Shown here in pieces: positions 27,556 to 40,927 of a stretch of DNA of 64,000 nt. How positions within the stretch are numbered: the first letter of the stretch is position 1; each line of letters opens with the position of its first letter. The translations under genes were made by a program, and so were the position numbers. Source of the stretch: Octopus vulgaris (taxonomy: Eukaryota); assembly GCA_951406725.2 (NCBI GenBank), contig OX597814.1, forward strand, positions 67,828,001-67,892,000, in the 5' to 3' direction. The notes under the pieces were generated by a model. The model saw nothing but the letters and a program-made list of their open reading frames with translations, was not told where the DNA came from and did no database searches.

Positions 27556-29779
27556 GGGACTGGGAAATAAAGAAATCAAACTACATAAACAAACGACAGC
27601 AAAACCGTTCAGAAATTAAGTAACATAGACTGAGCTGCGACGCCCAAACTGGCTGAGATGTGAACACTATACTTCAGAACATTCTGAATTCAAAATGGGC
27701 GGCATGTGCAGCATCGGTACCACGCAAGCACAAAAAAACACCCAATAGTGCAATTTGGGAGACTGCAGCAGTCCGACTTGCCAGGAAAGAACGCCGTAAT
27801 GCTGAACAGGATTACAAATTGCGCAAATCAGAGATCAACAGGAAAAGCGCAATAGATCAGCCAACCATCTCAAGCAGGTGACAAAAAAGGCAGTGCTTGA
27901 ATTCGAACAGCGCATAGCAACCAACCCTGACAGCAAAGTGTTCTGGAAGTATGTACACTCAAAGCAGAGACCTCACTCTCCAGTTAGTCCCCTTCGCAAT
28001 CCCCACACAGGGCAGATTACTGGCAATCCCAAAGAATGTGCAGAAATCATTGCTGGATGCTATGCAGGCATCTTTACTATCGAAGATCAAAATGTTCCAT
28101 CTCCATGACCTCTGACACCGGACTCTGTAACTACTATGAAATTTACACCAGCAATGCTACAACGCCACCTTAAGAATAAACGTAACTATGCCTCTCCTGG
28201 TCTTGATGGTGCTACATACCTACTTCTCAAACGCGGTGGGTACTTTCTTCTAAACCAACTTTCATCATTCTTTCAATTCTGTTTTGACAATGGTGTTACT
28301 CCAAAGCAGTGGAAAACTGCCAGTGTTATCCCTCTGTTCAAAAAAGGTGACCGCACATCGACTGTCAACTATCGCCCTATTTGTCTTACTAGCTGCATCC
28401 CCAAACTGATGGAATCCTGTGTCAGAGAAACCCTCTGGAACTTCTGGAAGTCTCACAGCCTCATCCAGCCGTCACAATTTGGTTTTATTCCTAATTCCAG
28501 CTGCTGTAATCAACTTATCGAGTTTCTTGAGGACATTACCCGAATCACTGATCGCGGATCCTGGGTGGATGTTGTTTACCTGGACTTTGCTTAGGCTTTT
28601 AATTCTGTGCCACACAAAAGACTTATGGTGAAACTCTCTGCGTTGGGTGTAAGAGACGATCTCTATAACTGGTTGAAGTCCTTTATTATCGGCCGTAAAG
28701 AGGTTGTCACAGTTCTAGGACAGCACTCTTCACCCTATGAGATGACATCTGGTGTACCACAGGGATCTGTTCTTGGTCCCCTTTCATTTGTTGCATATGT
28801 TAATGACATAGATGCCAACTTAAAGAATGCCACAGTGCTGAAATATGCAGATGACATCAAGCTGTACCTCGAAATAAAGAGGTCAGATCCTGTACACTAT
28901 AGATCTCTATTGCAATCAGACCTGGACACAATGCAGCAGTGGATCATGGACTGGCAACTCAAGCTGGCTGTGGAGAAATATACCACCATGCATTTTAGGA
29001 GGAAAAGCCCAGCGTCTACTTACTCCCTCCACAACACTATTCTCAAAAAGTCTTCTTGTGAACGTGACCTGGGCGTTATTGTCGACAGCGATTTGCGTTG
29101 GACAAAATACATCGCTAAAATTGTCAAGTCCTTTGTGAGCCGCTCTCCGGCTATCTATCCGCAGCTTTTTATAGCTATGGCACGACCTCACCTGGAATTT
29201 GCATCACCGGTCTGGAACCCCTATCTTGCACAGGATATTAATCGTCTGGAAGCCGTTCAGCGACGTGCAGCCAAGAGAATACCCTCCATCAAGCATTTGC
29301 CATATTCTGAACGCCTTACTTCCCTGGGCATGGATACATTGAAACTCCGACGTCTGGCAGCTGACTTGGCAGACACCCATAAAATTATTAACCATCTTAC
29401 AAACAATAGCTCTGAGCACCTTTTCAAACTCCATCTGTCTAACACCTGTGGACATGTTTACACAGTCAGAAAACAGCACAGCTCCCATGACTTTCGGAAA
29501 CATTTTTTCACGCTAAGAGTTGCTGAAGCATGGAACAAACTGCCGGCATCAGTTGTTAGTTGTGGAGCACTGCATCCTTCAAAACTTCCATGCTTCCTGA
29601 GATTCGCTAACACTACACCTGATTTTCTCCCCTCCATACACACGCAAGCATGTATCTGACTCATACACTGTTCGCTTTCCAGACATTTGTACATTACTGC
29701 ATATACTTTATACACTCTTTTGACAAGTTGTGGTGCACCTGAGCACTGTATACAATAATTTCATTATTATTATTATTAT
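27556..29779 (+). mobile_element. CR1-clade LINE, 5'-truncated, with (ATT)n tail
   Basis: ORF pieces 27878-29659: YRPICLTS, VVYLDFA*AFNSVPH, SGVPQGSVLGP, YADD, LEFASPVWNPY, FFTLRVAEAWNKLP. Confidence 0.9.
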
Positions 29780-29920
29780 AATCAGTAACAATGATAAATT
29801 TAATTTATCCTCGACAATTTTTAGTTTTACCAATTTTGAAGATACCACTCTTGTTTAAAACTCTTACCTACTTGATAATTGCATTTCTAGTCCTGCCTTG
29901 AAGGAAGCTTTACTTCTTGG

Positions 29921-30079
29921 ACTCGCGTCATCGTGCGCAACGATGTTGTTAAACATCCGTTAACAGCACCGTATGAAGTTCCTTTCCGTTTTCTTTCACG
30001 CTCTGATAATTTTTTCACTATAGACCTTTATGGTCGTAAAGGCACTATATTAGTGGATAGACTAAAAAGGCCTTCATAG
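29921..30079 (+). pseudogene. Ty3/Gypsy integrase C-terminal (GPY/F module) remnant
   Basis: Manual translation TRVIVRNDVVKHPLTAPYEVPFRFLSRSDNFFTIDLYGRKGTILVDRLK. Confidence 0.75.
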
Positions 30080-30170
30080 AGAAAACTATCCCTATTCCCA
30101 CTGCAGACGACACGAACACAGCATGACGAACACGGCCCGCACACCCACCTTTACATTCCATGACTACTAT

Positions 30171-30385
30171 TGGGATCGATCAGATACTAGACAAGGATTC
30201 TAGATTATTTTCACGTTTATTTTACTTAATTTTTGAAAGCGGTTGCGTTCATTTTTAGTATTCTCGTTTGTGAGCACAGTCGAGGTTATTTCAGATATTC
30301 TAATTTTTAAAATCATCTCTGGCTAGTCGTTAAGAGGACGTTAGTGTTGCCTTGGCGGAGGTTTGCGCTCTCTCAGTGATCTCAT
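30171..30385 (+). mobile_element. Helentron-associated (HINE-like) element, 3' part
   Basis: ccttggcggaggtttgcgctctctcagtg terminal motif; shares the attctagattattt block with 25850. Confidence 0.55.
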
Positions 30386-30389
30386 TATT

Positions 30390-30478
<89 letters not shown>

Positions 30479-30488
30479 TATTATTATT

Positions 30489-31722
30489 CAGTAGTTTTAT
30501 TTTTATTTTTATAGCGTGCTTTCACTTCACTACCGAGCGCAGCTCTGTGTGCCTTGGGTATGTGCTGTGATTTGTTGTGATGCTCTGATGGTTATTGTAT
30601 GGAAAGTGTTCTGCGTAGGATGTGTGCAGTGCCTAGTAGTGCAATTTTCTGTATGTTATATGTGTTTGTAAGTCCTGGTGTTTTTGTTATGTATTTGTCT
30701 GAATATTTTTTTATCATGCCTAATGCACCTACTATGATAGGAATTGTTTCTGTTTTCAGATTCCACATTCTAGTTACCTCTATTTCCAGGTCTTTGTATT
30801 TTGAGAGTTTCTCCATTTCTTTTAGAGACACGTTGTCATCTGCCGGTACTGATACATCAATTAGAAAGCATTCTTTTTCTTCATGGTCTCTGACGACTAT
30901 ATCTGGTCTGTTGGCCTTAATTTCTCTATCTGTGTGTATCGGCATATCCCAGAGTATGGTTGCTTTCTCGTTTTCTGTGACCTTTTCTGGTGTGTGCCTA
31001 TACCATCTTTTTTCTGTTGTTATTCCATAATGTTGGCATAGCTTCCAATGTATGTAAGTTCCAACTCTGTCATGTCTGTGAATATATTCCTTGTTAGCCA
31101 GGACTGGGCAGCTAGAGATAATATGATTTATTGTTTCTTGTCCATCTCCACATATTCTGCAGTTACTTGTAATATTTCTTTTCATTACATGTTTTTGGTA
31201 ATTTCTGGTGGGGAGGCTTTGGTCTTGTGCTGCAATTAAAAATCCCTCTGTTTCTGCTTTGAGTCCTGAGCTTCTCAACCATTGCTGGGATCTTTCTTTG
31301 TCTATTTCTTTTGCGTTTAGTTTAGTCCAGTATTTACCATGAAGGGGCTTTTCTTGCCATCGTTTTATCATGGTTCGTTGCTGTTCTATTTTTAGTTTGG
31401 ATTTCATTTTTTTTATAGCTTTTGTTGTTTCTTCATCTTCTTCTTCATGTTTATTAGGTGGTATGATTTCTTGTTTGTATTTGTCAGCTTCCTTAAATAC
31501 TGAGAACAGTTTTTTGTTTTGCTCGTGTTTTGCCGCTATCTGGATCAGTTTTCCTTCCTTCTGAAGTAGATATTTTTGCAGTCCTATGGTGGTTATTTTA
31601 TAGTAGTTTTCCAGCTGTATAAGGCCTCTACCACCTTCTATACGTTGTATATATAGTCTTTCTATGTCAGATTTTGGGTGATGCATCCTAGATCCTGTCA
31701 TTATTTTTCTTGTTTTCCTGTC

Positions 31723-31724
<2 letters not shown>
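30489..31724 (-). mobile_element. R4/Dong family A, young 5'-truncated copy with an uninterrupted RT-thumb/CCHC/RLE frame
   Basis: Element-derived part of ORF 30592-31833: GGRGL, CRICGDGQETINHIISSC, RHD, RPDIV..IDV..EKLSKY; (TTA)n on both sides. Confidence 0.95.
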
Positions 31725-31785
<61 letters not shown>

Positions 31786-31786
<1 letters not shown>

Positions 31787-33830
31787 TGTTTGACTTTTGC
31801 TTTATATTTGTACAAGTTGGCTCCAAGTCTCACCCAGAGACCTCAAGAGACAACAGGTTGGAAGTTCATGTTGTTGTTATGCCTAGTGTGCCATATATTT
31901 TGTTTTTGGGGGGTGTGTGTTGTACTAATGAATGTCTAAAAAAATAAATAAATAATTTTTTTTTTTTCTTTTAAACCGGAAATTATGTTTGTTTTAAACC
32001 TTGAGATTACATAGAAAGTATTTTGCGCAGGATATGAGCAGTTTCCATGAGCACTATCTTTTGAATTTCTGCCATTTTTGGGTTTCCTGGTATCTGAGTT
32101 AGGTAGCTATCAGCCCCTTTTGCTATCATTCCCAGGTCACCTATGACAACAGGTATTGTTTTAGTCTTCAGGTTCCACATTTTGCTGATTTCTATTTCAA
32201 GATCTTTATATTTGCTCAGTTTTTGGTAGGTCTTGACAGATACGTTTATATCGATTGGGACAGTCATATCAATGAGGAGGCATGTTCTTTGTTTGAAGTC
32301 TTTCAATATGATGTCTGGCCTATTTGCATCTATCTTTCTGTCAGTTTGAATGGTGAAGTTCCAGAGGAGTAAGATGAGGTCATTTTCAAGCACTGGGGGT
32401 GGTTTGTGTTCCCACCAGTTGTTTTCATGAGACAAATCCAGGTTTTTGCAGATTACCCAGTGAATATATTGTGCAGCTCTATCGTGTCTGTTGAGATACT
32501 CTGTAGGCGCTAGAAGACTGCACTTGGAGACCACATGGTCAATGGTTTCATTTTGTTGCTGGCATACACGACACGTTGGACTGCTTCTGATCTTTAATAT
32601 GTTGGCCTGGTAGTTTCTTGTTGGTAGGCATTGATCTTGAGCTGCTATGATAAACCCCTCTGTTTCAGATTTTAAGCCAGAGGCCATTAGCCATTGATGG
32701 GTCAGGACTTTGTCAACATCTGCATTATTTGCTCTCTTTGGGTATTTGCCATAGAGAGGTTTTTCTTGCCACTTATCATTCAGAATATCTAAGGCCGCAG
32801 ATTTAGCACGGGTTTTCATGCGCTTAGATTTTTCTGTGCCTGTTTCTTGTATGTCTATCTCTAATTCCGAAATTTGTTGTATTCGGAATTCACTTAGATA
32901 TTCCTTTGCCTGGTTTGTTACTGAGTATGATGCTTTCTTGTTTTCATGTTTTGAGACAAGTTTTAACATCCAGTCCTCAGACTTTTTCAGGTAGGTGTCT
33001 AGGCCAATTGTAGCAATCTTCATTGTTATTGCCAGTTGTAAAAGTCCACGGCCTCCCTCTTTTCTTGGCAGATAAAGTCGTTCTGTATCTGCCTTAGGGT
33101 GGTGCATTCTATGCATTGTCAACAGTTTTCGTATTTTTCTGTCAAGATTACATATTTCAGTAATTGACCAGTTAACGATATTGAAACTGTAAGTCACAAC
33201 TGGTACGGCTAATGCATTGATCGCTTCGATCCTGTTTCTCGCATTCAGCTCTGTCTTGAGTATTGCTCTTACTCTGCGATAACATTCTCTCCCGATCATT
33301 TCCTTCATCTCTGAATGCCTTATTCCTTCTCCTTCAATTACCCCTAGGTACTTGTAGTTCTCTGCTGGGTCTAATTCTTTTATGACATTCTGCTGGTCAA
33401 GGTTAACGTTAGATGTTTCTGTCATTTTTCCTTTGATAAAGGTAGCTTTTGCACACTTATCGAGGCCAAATTGCATTCTGATGTCATCACTGAATTGTTT
33501 GACAATCGCTAGTAAGCCCTTGAGTTGTTGGTCATTTTTTGCAAAGAGCTTTAAATCATCCATGTAAATGAGATGATTTATATTTTTATCAAACATTTTA
33601 TACCCGTACTGCGTGTCATTGAGCAGTTTTGAGAGAGGTATTAAGGCTAAACAGAAGAGGAGTGGTGATAGTGTGTCACCCTGGAAAATGCCACATGAAA
33701 TTTTTACATCACCAGCATTTAGAGATTCATTGTCACTGTTCAAAGTTAGTGTGGTTCTCCATGATCTCATACTTACAGACAAAAAGTTTCGCAGAGCAGG
33801 TGCTATCTTATACATTTCTAGGTATTTCTT
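31786..33830 (-). mobile_element. R4/Dong family B, 5'-truncated copy
   Basis: 3' UTR distinct from family A; (TTA)n on both sides. Confidence 0.93.
32007..33830 (-). CDS. RT plus CCHC zinc finger plus restriction-like endonuclease (partial, open frame)
   Basis: GIFQGDTLSPLLF, YMDD, CRVCQQQNETIDHVVSKC, RHD, RPDII..IDM..KLSKY; the ORF track's poly-M/I N-terminus is microsatellite. Confidence 0.85.
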   Translation of the reverse strand, partial: KKYLEMYKIAPALRNFLSVSMRSWRTTLTLNSDNESLNAGDVKISCGIFQGDTLSPLLFCLALIPLSKLLNDTQYGYKMFDKNINHLIYMDDLKLFAKNDQQLKGLLAIVKQFSDDIRMQFGLDKCAKATFIKGKMTETSNVNLDQQNVIKELDPAENYKYLGVIEGEGIRHSEMKEMIGRECYRRVRAILKTELNARNRIEAINALAVPVVTYSFNIVNWSITEICNLDRKIRKLLTMHRMHHPKADTERLYLPRKEGGRGLLQLAITMKIATIGLDTYLKKSEDWMLKLVSKHENKKASYSVTNQAKEYLSEFRIQQISELEIDIQETGTEKSKRMKTRAKSAALDILNDKWQEKPLYGKYPKRANNADVDKVLTHQWLMASGLKSETEGFIIAAQDQCLPTRNYQANILKIRSSPTCRVCQQQNETIDHVVSKCSLLAPTEYLNRHDRAAQYIHWVICKNLDLSHENNWWEHKPPPVLENDLILLLWNFTIQTDRKIDANRPDIILKDFKQRTCLLIDMTVPIDINVSVKTYQKLSKYKDLEIEISKMWNLKTKTIPVVIGDLGMIAKGADSYLTQIPGNPKMAEIQKIVLMETAHILRKILSM

Positions 33831-34082
<252 letters not shown>

Positions 34083-34418
34083 GTGTGGAGGCGCATGGCT
34101 CAGTGGTTAGAGCGTCGAGCTTACGATCGTGAGGTTGTGAGCTCGAATCCCGGACCGGGCTGCGTGTTGTGTTCTTGAGCAAGGCACTTTATTTCACGTT
34201 GCTCCAGTTCACTCAGCTGTAGAAATGAGTTGCGACGTCACTGGTGCCAAGCTGTATCGACCTTTGTCTTTCCCTTGGATAACACTGGTAGCGTGGAGAG
34301 GGGAGGCTGGTATGCATGGGCGACTGCTGGTCTTCCATAAACAACCGTGCCCGGACTTGTGTCTAGGAGGGTAACCTTCTAGGTGCAATCCCATGGTCAT
34401 TCATGACCGAAGGGGGTC

Positions 34419-34420
<2 letters not shown>
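34083..34420 (+). mobile_element. tRNA-headed SINE with CORE-like middle and RTE-like tail
   Basis: A box tggctcagtggt, B box gctcgaatcc, core gttcttgagcaaggcactt, tail ccatggtcattcatgaccgaaggggg; a tail fragment also lies at about 20740-20790. Confidence 0.8.
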
Positions 34421-34484
<64 letters not shown>

Positions 34485-34730
34485 CATAATTATTATTATT
34501 ATTGTTGTTGTTGTTATTATTATTATTATCAATAATATTAATACGCTAACTTTTTGTTTTTGTACGTACCTGTTGTGTGCCTCACACTTACTTCAAAGAA
34601 GTGGCAAAGCGAGAGAGGGGAAGACAGAGAAGAATAAGAGAGATAGAGAGAGTGAGAGAGAGAAAGAAAGAGATAGAGTGAGTGGTGACAGCGTTCGTCT
34701 TGTGTTTTTAAATGCTTCAGAGAGGAAGTA

Positions 34731-34780
<50 letters not shown>

Positions 34781-35414
34781 TGAGTGGTGACGGCGTTCGT
34801 CTTGTGTTTTTAAATGTTTATCACATCGCAAGAGAGGTAGATACATAGATACATATACACATTGTTAAATCAAAAGCGGGAGAGAAGAGGGACACAAAGG
34901 AAGTGAAAGAGAAAGAGAGATAGTGAGAGAGACAGCAAATACATAAATCCAAAGAAAAGTTTAGACATAGATACATACACACAGCAAATATTGGGTAACA
35001 ATTTCACTTTTCATTAACACACGAGGATAAAATTAACTCACAAATGGCTGAGTATTCCACAGACATGCATAACATCAACGTAGATCTTAGGGAGATCCAG
35101 CCTCACACAGAATATGACAAGGCTGGCACCTTTGAATTACATCTACAACTCGAGACATATATATGAAAGTATTTGTGTGTGTCGCATTGTGGAAACAAAC
35201 GCAAGTACCAAACTTTCAGTCATAAATCCATTTATTATTTCATTCTTTTGCATTTCAGTTTGTACATTAAGGTTCTTTGAATATGTACGATGTATTTTAA
35301 GGTTTAATAGTAATTCCGTCTACGTTTGTGTAACAGAGATATTTTGGTTGGATTATATATAGCCACTGGTGTTACATTACTTTCTATATTCTGTAACTGT
35401 CACAACATACTTTT

Positions 35415-35548
35415 CTAGGCTTGAAGTTTTTGTGGGGAGGGGCCAGTTGATTAGATCAACCCCAGTTCACAACTGATACTTAATTTATCGACCCCGAAAG
35501 GAAAAGTCGATCTCGGCAGAATTTGAACTCAGAACGTAAAGGCAGACG
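35415..35548 (-). mobile_element. SINE fragment (aaggcgg-headed family), minus strand
   Basis: Reverse complement of the 47095 SINE middle. Confidence 0.75.
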
Positions 35549-35610
35549 TTCATAATATACAAACATGGCACCTGTACACTGTTTATAGATGTTTACATTT
35601 TTTATGTTTT

Positions 35611-35637
35611 CCGTGAATTTTTCACGGGTCCAGCTAG
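35611..35637 (+). mobile_element. Helitron-like 3' terminus
   Basis: Hairpin ccgtgaa-ttt-ttcacgg, then gtccag-CTAG followed by T. Confidence 0.6.
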
Positions 35638-35960
<323 letters not shown>

Positions 35961-35968
35961 TAGAAGAT

Positions 35969-37453
35969 GTGAAAAGAGCGAAGGAATTGTTAAGGAAGGA
36001 TGGCAATGGTATCTTCCTCAATACTCCACAAGAGGTGATTGAAAGCACCAAAAAGCAAACAATAATTTACAAAGTTTTCGACAGAAAACTAAAAAGAATA
36101 ACAAATGCCACACCCCAACAGTTGGAGATAGCTCTAAAGCCCATTTGGGCCCAAAAGAGCTACGTAACCAAGGGGAAGCGTTTTGGAACCGTGGAGGTTC
36201 GCTTCCCAACAGAGGAGCTTGCAAGGGCGAACGCCATTTCGCCCTTGCAAACTGAGAATTTGTTACTAGTTCCGACCCACCTCGGGCGAAGAGTAACAAA
36301 AATAAAAATCGACCTCGCACCCCCTGAGCTAGATATGTCATGGCTGGTGGCAGCTGTCCTCTATGATATAGAGGACACTACCACCATTCTATATGTCAGG
36401 AGAGTGAGGGCGAAAAACTGGTTGGGGATGGGAGTGCTGCTTCTTGCGCAAATTCAGCAAGAGAATATAAGTAAAGTCCCTGATTTCGTAAGTTTGCCGG
36501 ACGGCACCAGGCTAAACGTTGCTGTGGAGGGGCGAAAGCCAAAATGTTTCCTCTGCAGCAGCGAAAGCCACTTAAAGAGGGAATGTCCCATTCACAAAAA
36601 GAGGATGGAGGCTTTCAGCAAGAGGCAGCAGCAGCAACAACAACAACAACAACACAAGCAACAACAACAGAAACAACAAAAACAACAAGAAACACCAAAG
36701 GCTGCCACACCACCAACACCATCACCAACACCAGCACCAAGACGAACAACACCACCTCCAACAACAACAACCACCACCAAACCAACACCGACACCAGTAC
36801 CTCGAAGGTCGACAGCAGCGACATCAACAGTAACAGGAGCAGCGGCACCACCGATACCGGCGGAACCAAAAACTTTTCGTCCTGCTACTGAAGCAGACCC
36901 CTCAACCATTCCTTTGCCGGATGAAGAGATCTCGGATTGTGCGAGCTCTGATTCCAACAAAGGAGAATGGAACATAGTGCCTCCAAAAAAGAAAAGGAGG
37001 AAAAAACAAAAAGATTTACAGGGGAAGCACGAACAAATAGTACTTCCCAACATCAACAACATCAACAACAACACACACTCACAACAACAAACAACAACAA
37101 CAACAACACTTTCGACACCACTACTGCCACTACCACAGACACAAACAAACACAGACACAATTACAGACACGATTACAGCAGTGAATACAAGAAACCAGGA
37201 ACTGGTTGAGTATTTGAAAAACAAAACAAGCACAAACATTACAGATTTCATAATACCTACACACAACACACCACCAGCACACATTCTCACAATAAAAATA
37301 AACAAAACAGTTTACAACGAAATAAAACAAATATTCCCTAACGATGTGGGATCGTTAGGGAAAAGTTTCTCGCAGAAACTTTACAAAAATATTATTGAAG
37401 CACCCGTGCAAAAGCACAAGGGAGCCACCCCCACCACCAACAACAGTAAGTAG
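35969..37453 (+). CDS. ORF1 gag-like protein (CX2CX4HX4C knuckle, Q/T/P-rich linker), N-truncated
   Basis: CFLCSSESHLKREC; basic KKKRRKK motif. Confidence 0.88.
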   Translation: MKRAKELLRKDGNGIFLNTPQEVIESTKKQTIIYKVFDRKLKRITNATPQQLEIALKPIWAQKSYVTKGKRFGTVEVRFPTEELARANAISPLQTENLLLVPTHLGRRVTKIKIDLAPPELDMSWLVAAVLYDIEDTTTILYVRRVRAKNWLGMGVLLLAQIQQENISKVPDFVSLPDGTRLNVAVEGRKPKCFLCSSESHLKRECPIHKKRMEAFSKRQQQQQQQQQHKQQQQKQQKQQETPKAATPPTPSPTPAPRRTTPPPTTTTTTKPTPTPVPRRSTAATSTVTGAAAPPIPAEPKTFRPATEADPSTIPLPDEEISDCASSDSNKGEWNIVPPKKKRRKKQKDLQGKHEQIVLPNINNINNNTHSQQQTTTTTTLSTPLLPLPQTQTNTDTITDTITAVNTRNQELVEYLKNKTSTNITDFIIPTHNTPPAHILTIKINKTVYNEIKQIFPNDVGSLGKSFSQKLYKNIIEAPVQKHKGATPTTNNSK

Positions 37454-37493
37454 AGCCTTTTTTCTCCTTTTTTTTCCCCCTAACTTTTGAAAC

Positions 37494-40400
37494 ATGGCAA
37501 ATCTTAGAATCGGTTGCTTGAATGTGAGAGGCCTCGGGTCACCTTGGAAACAGGGTCACCTGTTAAACGACCTGAGGTTTCATGATGTGGATGTAGCAGC
37601 CATCAGTGAAACCAGGCTCTCCGACCCGCAGGAACTCGCAGCCCTTTTCGGCGGATACGAGATATTTCTATCTCCGTGTCGGCCGGGAGCGGGCGGTGGT
37701 GGTACTGCGGTGTTGTTTCGGAAGGGCCTGGACCTGAAAATAAGGACAGTCTTCTTGGATCCGGAAGGTAAGTTGGTGGTCCTCGACGTGGACGGTAGTG
37801 ACGGCGGTGCTTTCAGACTGCTGGCTGCCTACGCTCCGACAGGAGCAGGGCAGTCGGATTATTTCAAACGTCTGGAAGTTTTCCTGGGAACGTCACGCAC
37901 TCTAGTACTAGTTGGGGATTGGAACGCTGTCTTAGACGAACGTTTCGATCGGGTGGGCAGGGGAGCGTCTGATAGGAGAGGGGAGGGTGCAAGAGCCTCG
38001 CCAACCTACTCGGCCGCTTTCAGCTGTCCGACAGGTTTCGACTAGACAACCCGAATGTGCCAATGTGGACTTGGACAAACCGCATCGGGTCGTCTAGATC
38101 GTACTTAGATAGAGTGTTTTGTAGGCCAGCGGATAAGGACAGCGTAGGGTGTCCACAATTCCACCTAGTCGAATATACGGACCACAAATTAGTGATCTGT
38201 ACGGTCGACTTAGATAGGCTACATAGACAGGGACCCGGCTACTGGAAGCTGAACGCGTCGTTAACGGCGTGCAAAGCTTACAGAGACCGGATTAGTTTAC
38301 TAGTTAAGCGGGCGCTCACGGGGGCAATCATCAACAACAACTGGTGGTTTGCCCTCAAGAGAGCAATTAGAGTAGAGTCGATTAGGTATAGTAAGACTCT
38401 AGCTATTGAACGTAGGAAGAGAGAGCGGGATTTAGTTAAGAAACTAGACGAGGCTCTTGACACTGGCATCGCGACCGACGTGTTGGCGACAAGGTTGGCC
38501 CTCGACCAACACTTCGACGCCAAACACGAAGGCTGCGTTGTCAGAGCTAAGGCACGTTCGCTAAGCGGGGAGGGGACTAGAGCCGCTCGATGGGCCCGCG
38601 TGGCGGAGGCGAAGCGAGGCAACAGAGCAACCATTCGGTCTTTGGTGGACCAGAACGGGCGCGAGGTTACCCAACCGAAGCAGATGTGTACGGTGCTTCA
38701 GCGGCACTTTGCTCAACTGTTTGGGACGAGCGGTGGAACGGACACCAACGGTACAGACTTCGGTGTGTACCTGGACGGCCTACCGCAACTCTCGGACAGC
38801 GAGGCAGAGTGCTGCGAAGGACCGATATCTGCCTGGGAAGTACAGGAAGCGATGAAGAGTTGCACGAGAGGTAGATCACCGGGTTTGGATGGTCTGCCCT
38901 ACGAGCTTTACTTTTCAATGCCAGACTTGTTTGCGGACCTGTTGGCAAACGTCTACTGCAACTGGCAGCAAAACGGGAGAATTCCTGCTTTTGTCTGTCG
39001 AGGGGTGGTGGCTTTGCTAAAGAAGGACCCAAACAAGGGGGACGTTATAGGGAATTTCCGGCCCATCACTCTGCTCAATGCAGAGTTGAAGAATTTGGCC
39101 AAGGTGCTAGCCAAGAGATTGGCGCTTGTCGTGGACAAGCTGGTCGGCGAGACGCAGACATGCGCCGTGCCGACCAGGTCGATACACGACAACCTCCATC
39201 TCATGCGCTACATCATAGAGAGGGTGGGTAACGACGCTGGCGCGGGTGGGGCTTTGATCAACTTGGATCAGAGTAAAGCCTTCGATAGGGTTGACCATCG
39301 GTACCTGGCAGCTGCCCTCAGGGCAGCCGGCTTCGGTCCAGTCTTCCGCGGGTGGATCGCTGCTTTATACAGCAACATCTGCTCAGTGATACGGGTGAAC
39401 GGTCACCTTTCGGAACCGTTCGACATCTCGCGTTCGGTCCGCCAAGGATGCCCTCTCTCCTCCCTCTTGTACATTTTGACTCTCGAGCCATTACTGCGCA
39501 AGTTGGAGGCTTTGAGGGGTATCCCGCGCGATCTAGGAGGCGGAAACAGCGTGTCTGCTTATGCCGACGACGTCACCGTGGTGGTGTCGAGCCACAGGCA
39601 CATTGGCCTGATTGGCGAGACGCTAAACCAGTACGAAGCGGTGACAGGGGCAAAGATTAACGCGGAAAAGTCTGTGGGCTTGCAACTGGGCACCTGGAGA
39701 GGCAAGCCCATGCCGTCCAACAGCGTCGTAGGGCGCTGGACAGACGGACCCGTTAAACTGCTCGGGGTCTGGTTCGGTCCGGACCTCCAGGTGGATAAGA
39801 ACTGGGAAGAGGTGACGAGCAGGGTGGCACGTCTCACCCAGAAATGGGCCGAGAGGAAGCTGTCCCTGAAAGGTCGAGCGGAGGTGGCGAATGCGTACAT
39901 CGCATCCGTTATCTATTACCGCTTGACCGTCGTCCCTTGTCCCGACCGCTGGTTGGCCAAGCTGGTACGTCTGCTCTTCGACTTTTTGTGGAAGGGTCAG
40001 GTGCCACTGGTCAGGCGATCCATCTGCTGTCAACGACCGCTGAACGGAGGCCTTGGAATGCCGTGGTTGCTGTTGCGCAGACATGCGCTCAGGCTGCGGC
40101 ATCTCAAGCGCTTCCTAGACGGTGAACAGGTGTGGTCGTCTTTCGTCAGACGCGATTTTCCGCAGCTCGTCTCTTTGACGGAACTGCAGACCTGGATCAA
40201 ACGTAGACCGAGAAAGGGCGCTTGGCACCTCGAGTGCCGTCAGGCCCTCTCCGCCCTCCGCCAGGCGGGCAATGCGGTCGGTTACAGCTCCACTCTAGCG
40301 TTCTATAGAGGGTTAGTGGAGGAAAAATGCGACGACGTTCTCGGGGAAACTCTAGGCGTTGAAGATGACGAACTGTGCGGTCTGTTCGGGAGGACTTTCG

Positions 40401-40927
40401 GGCCGGGGCCGATGGATAATTTCCAGAGGTCTCTCGCTTGGCAGTGCTACCGAGGGGCTCTGCCTGTTCGAGATAAACTCTACCGGCACGGAAGTGCCGT
40501 CAGCCGGGCCTGCCCGAGGTGTTGCCAGGACGACGAAACCGTCCTGCACGCACTCGTCCAGTGCCCGAGTATTGCTGAAATATGGGTTTATGTCGAACAG
40601 CTACTGTCACGTATAGGACGGATCCGACTATCGGCCGAATCCATAGTGAAGATTGCCCCGCCGACCTCCTTTAACAAGGAGGGCGAGGCCGTTTTCTTGT
40701 GCCTAGTGGCTGTGGCGAAAGAGGTCGTGTGGTGGACTCGTTTGAAAGGGCTAAAGACAGACACTTTCCTCTTTGGTCAAGGCCTCATCAACTTTTTCAA
40801 GTTTCACTTGAAAAGGAAGATGAGGTTAGAGAGGAAAGTGCTGTCCGATAGCAAGTTTTATGAAAGGTGGGTGAATTGTGCGAGACTGGCCAGTATAAAT
40901 GGACCAGTTCTCAGGTTTCGCCTGTGA
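37494..40927 (+). pseudogene. ORF2: APE endonuclease, RT and C-terminal Cys motif; one frameshift near 37980
   Basis: CLNVRG, ISET, GDWN, YLDR, TDH; FRPITLLN, LDQSKAFDRVDH, QGCPLS, YADD; CPRC..ETVLHAL..C. Confidence 0.93.

Noticed and set aside
34087-34160. tRNA gene
   Set aside because: A and B boxes are present, but it continues into a SINE core and tail with no acceptor stem or terminator
36592-37305. Long antisense ORFs over Tx1 ORF1 (also 42424-43257)
   Set aside because: By-product of the A/C-rich Q/T/P-coding sense strand; no domain signal
37445-37510. GTAAGT plus a pyrimidine tract at the Tx1 ORF1/ORF2 junction, as a possible fusion intron
   Set aside because: The nearest AG acceptors do not join ORF1 and ORF2 in frame; no transcript evidence
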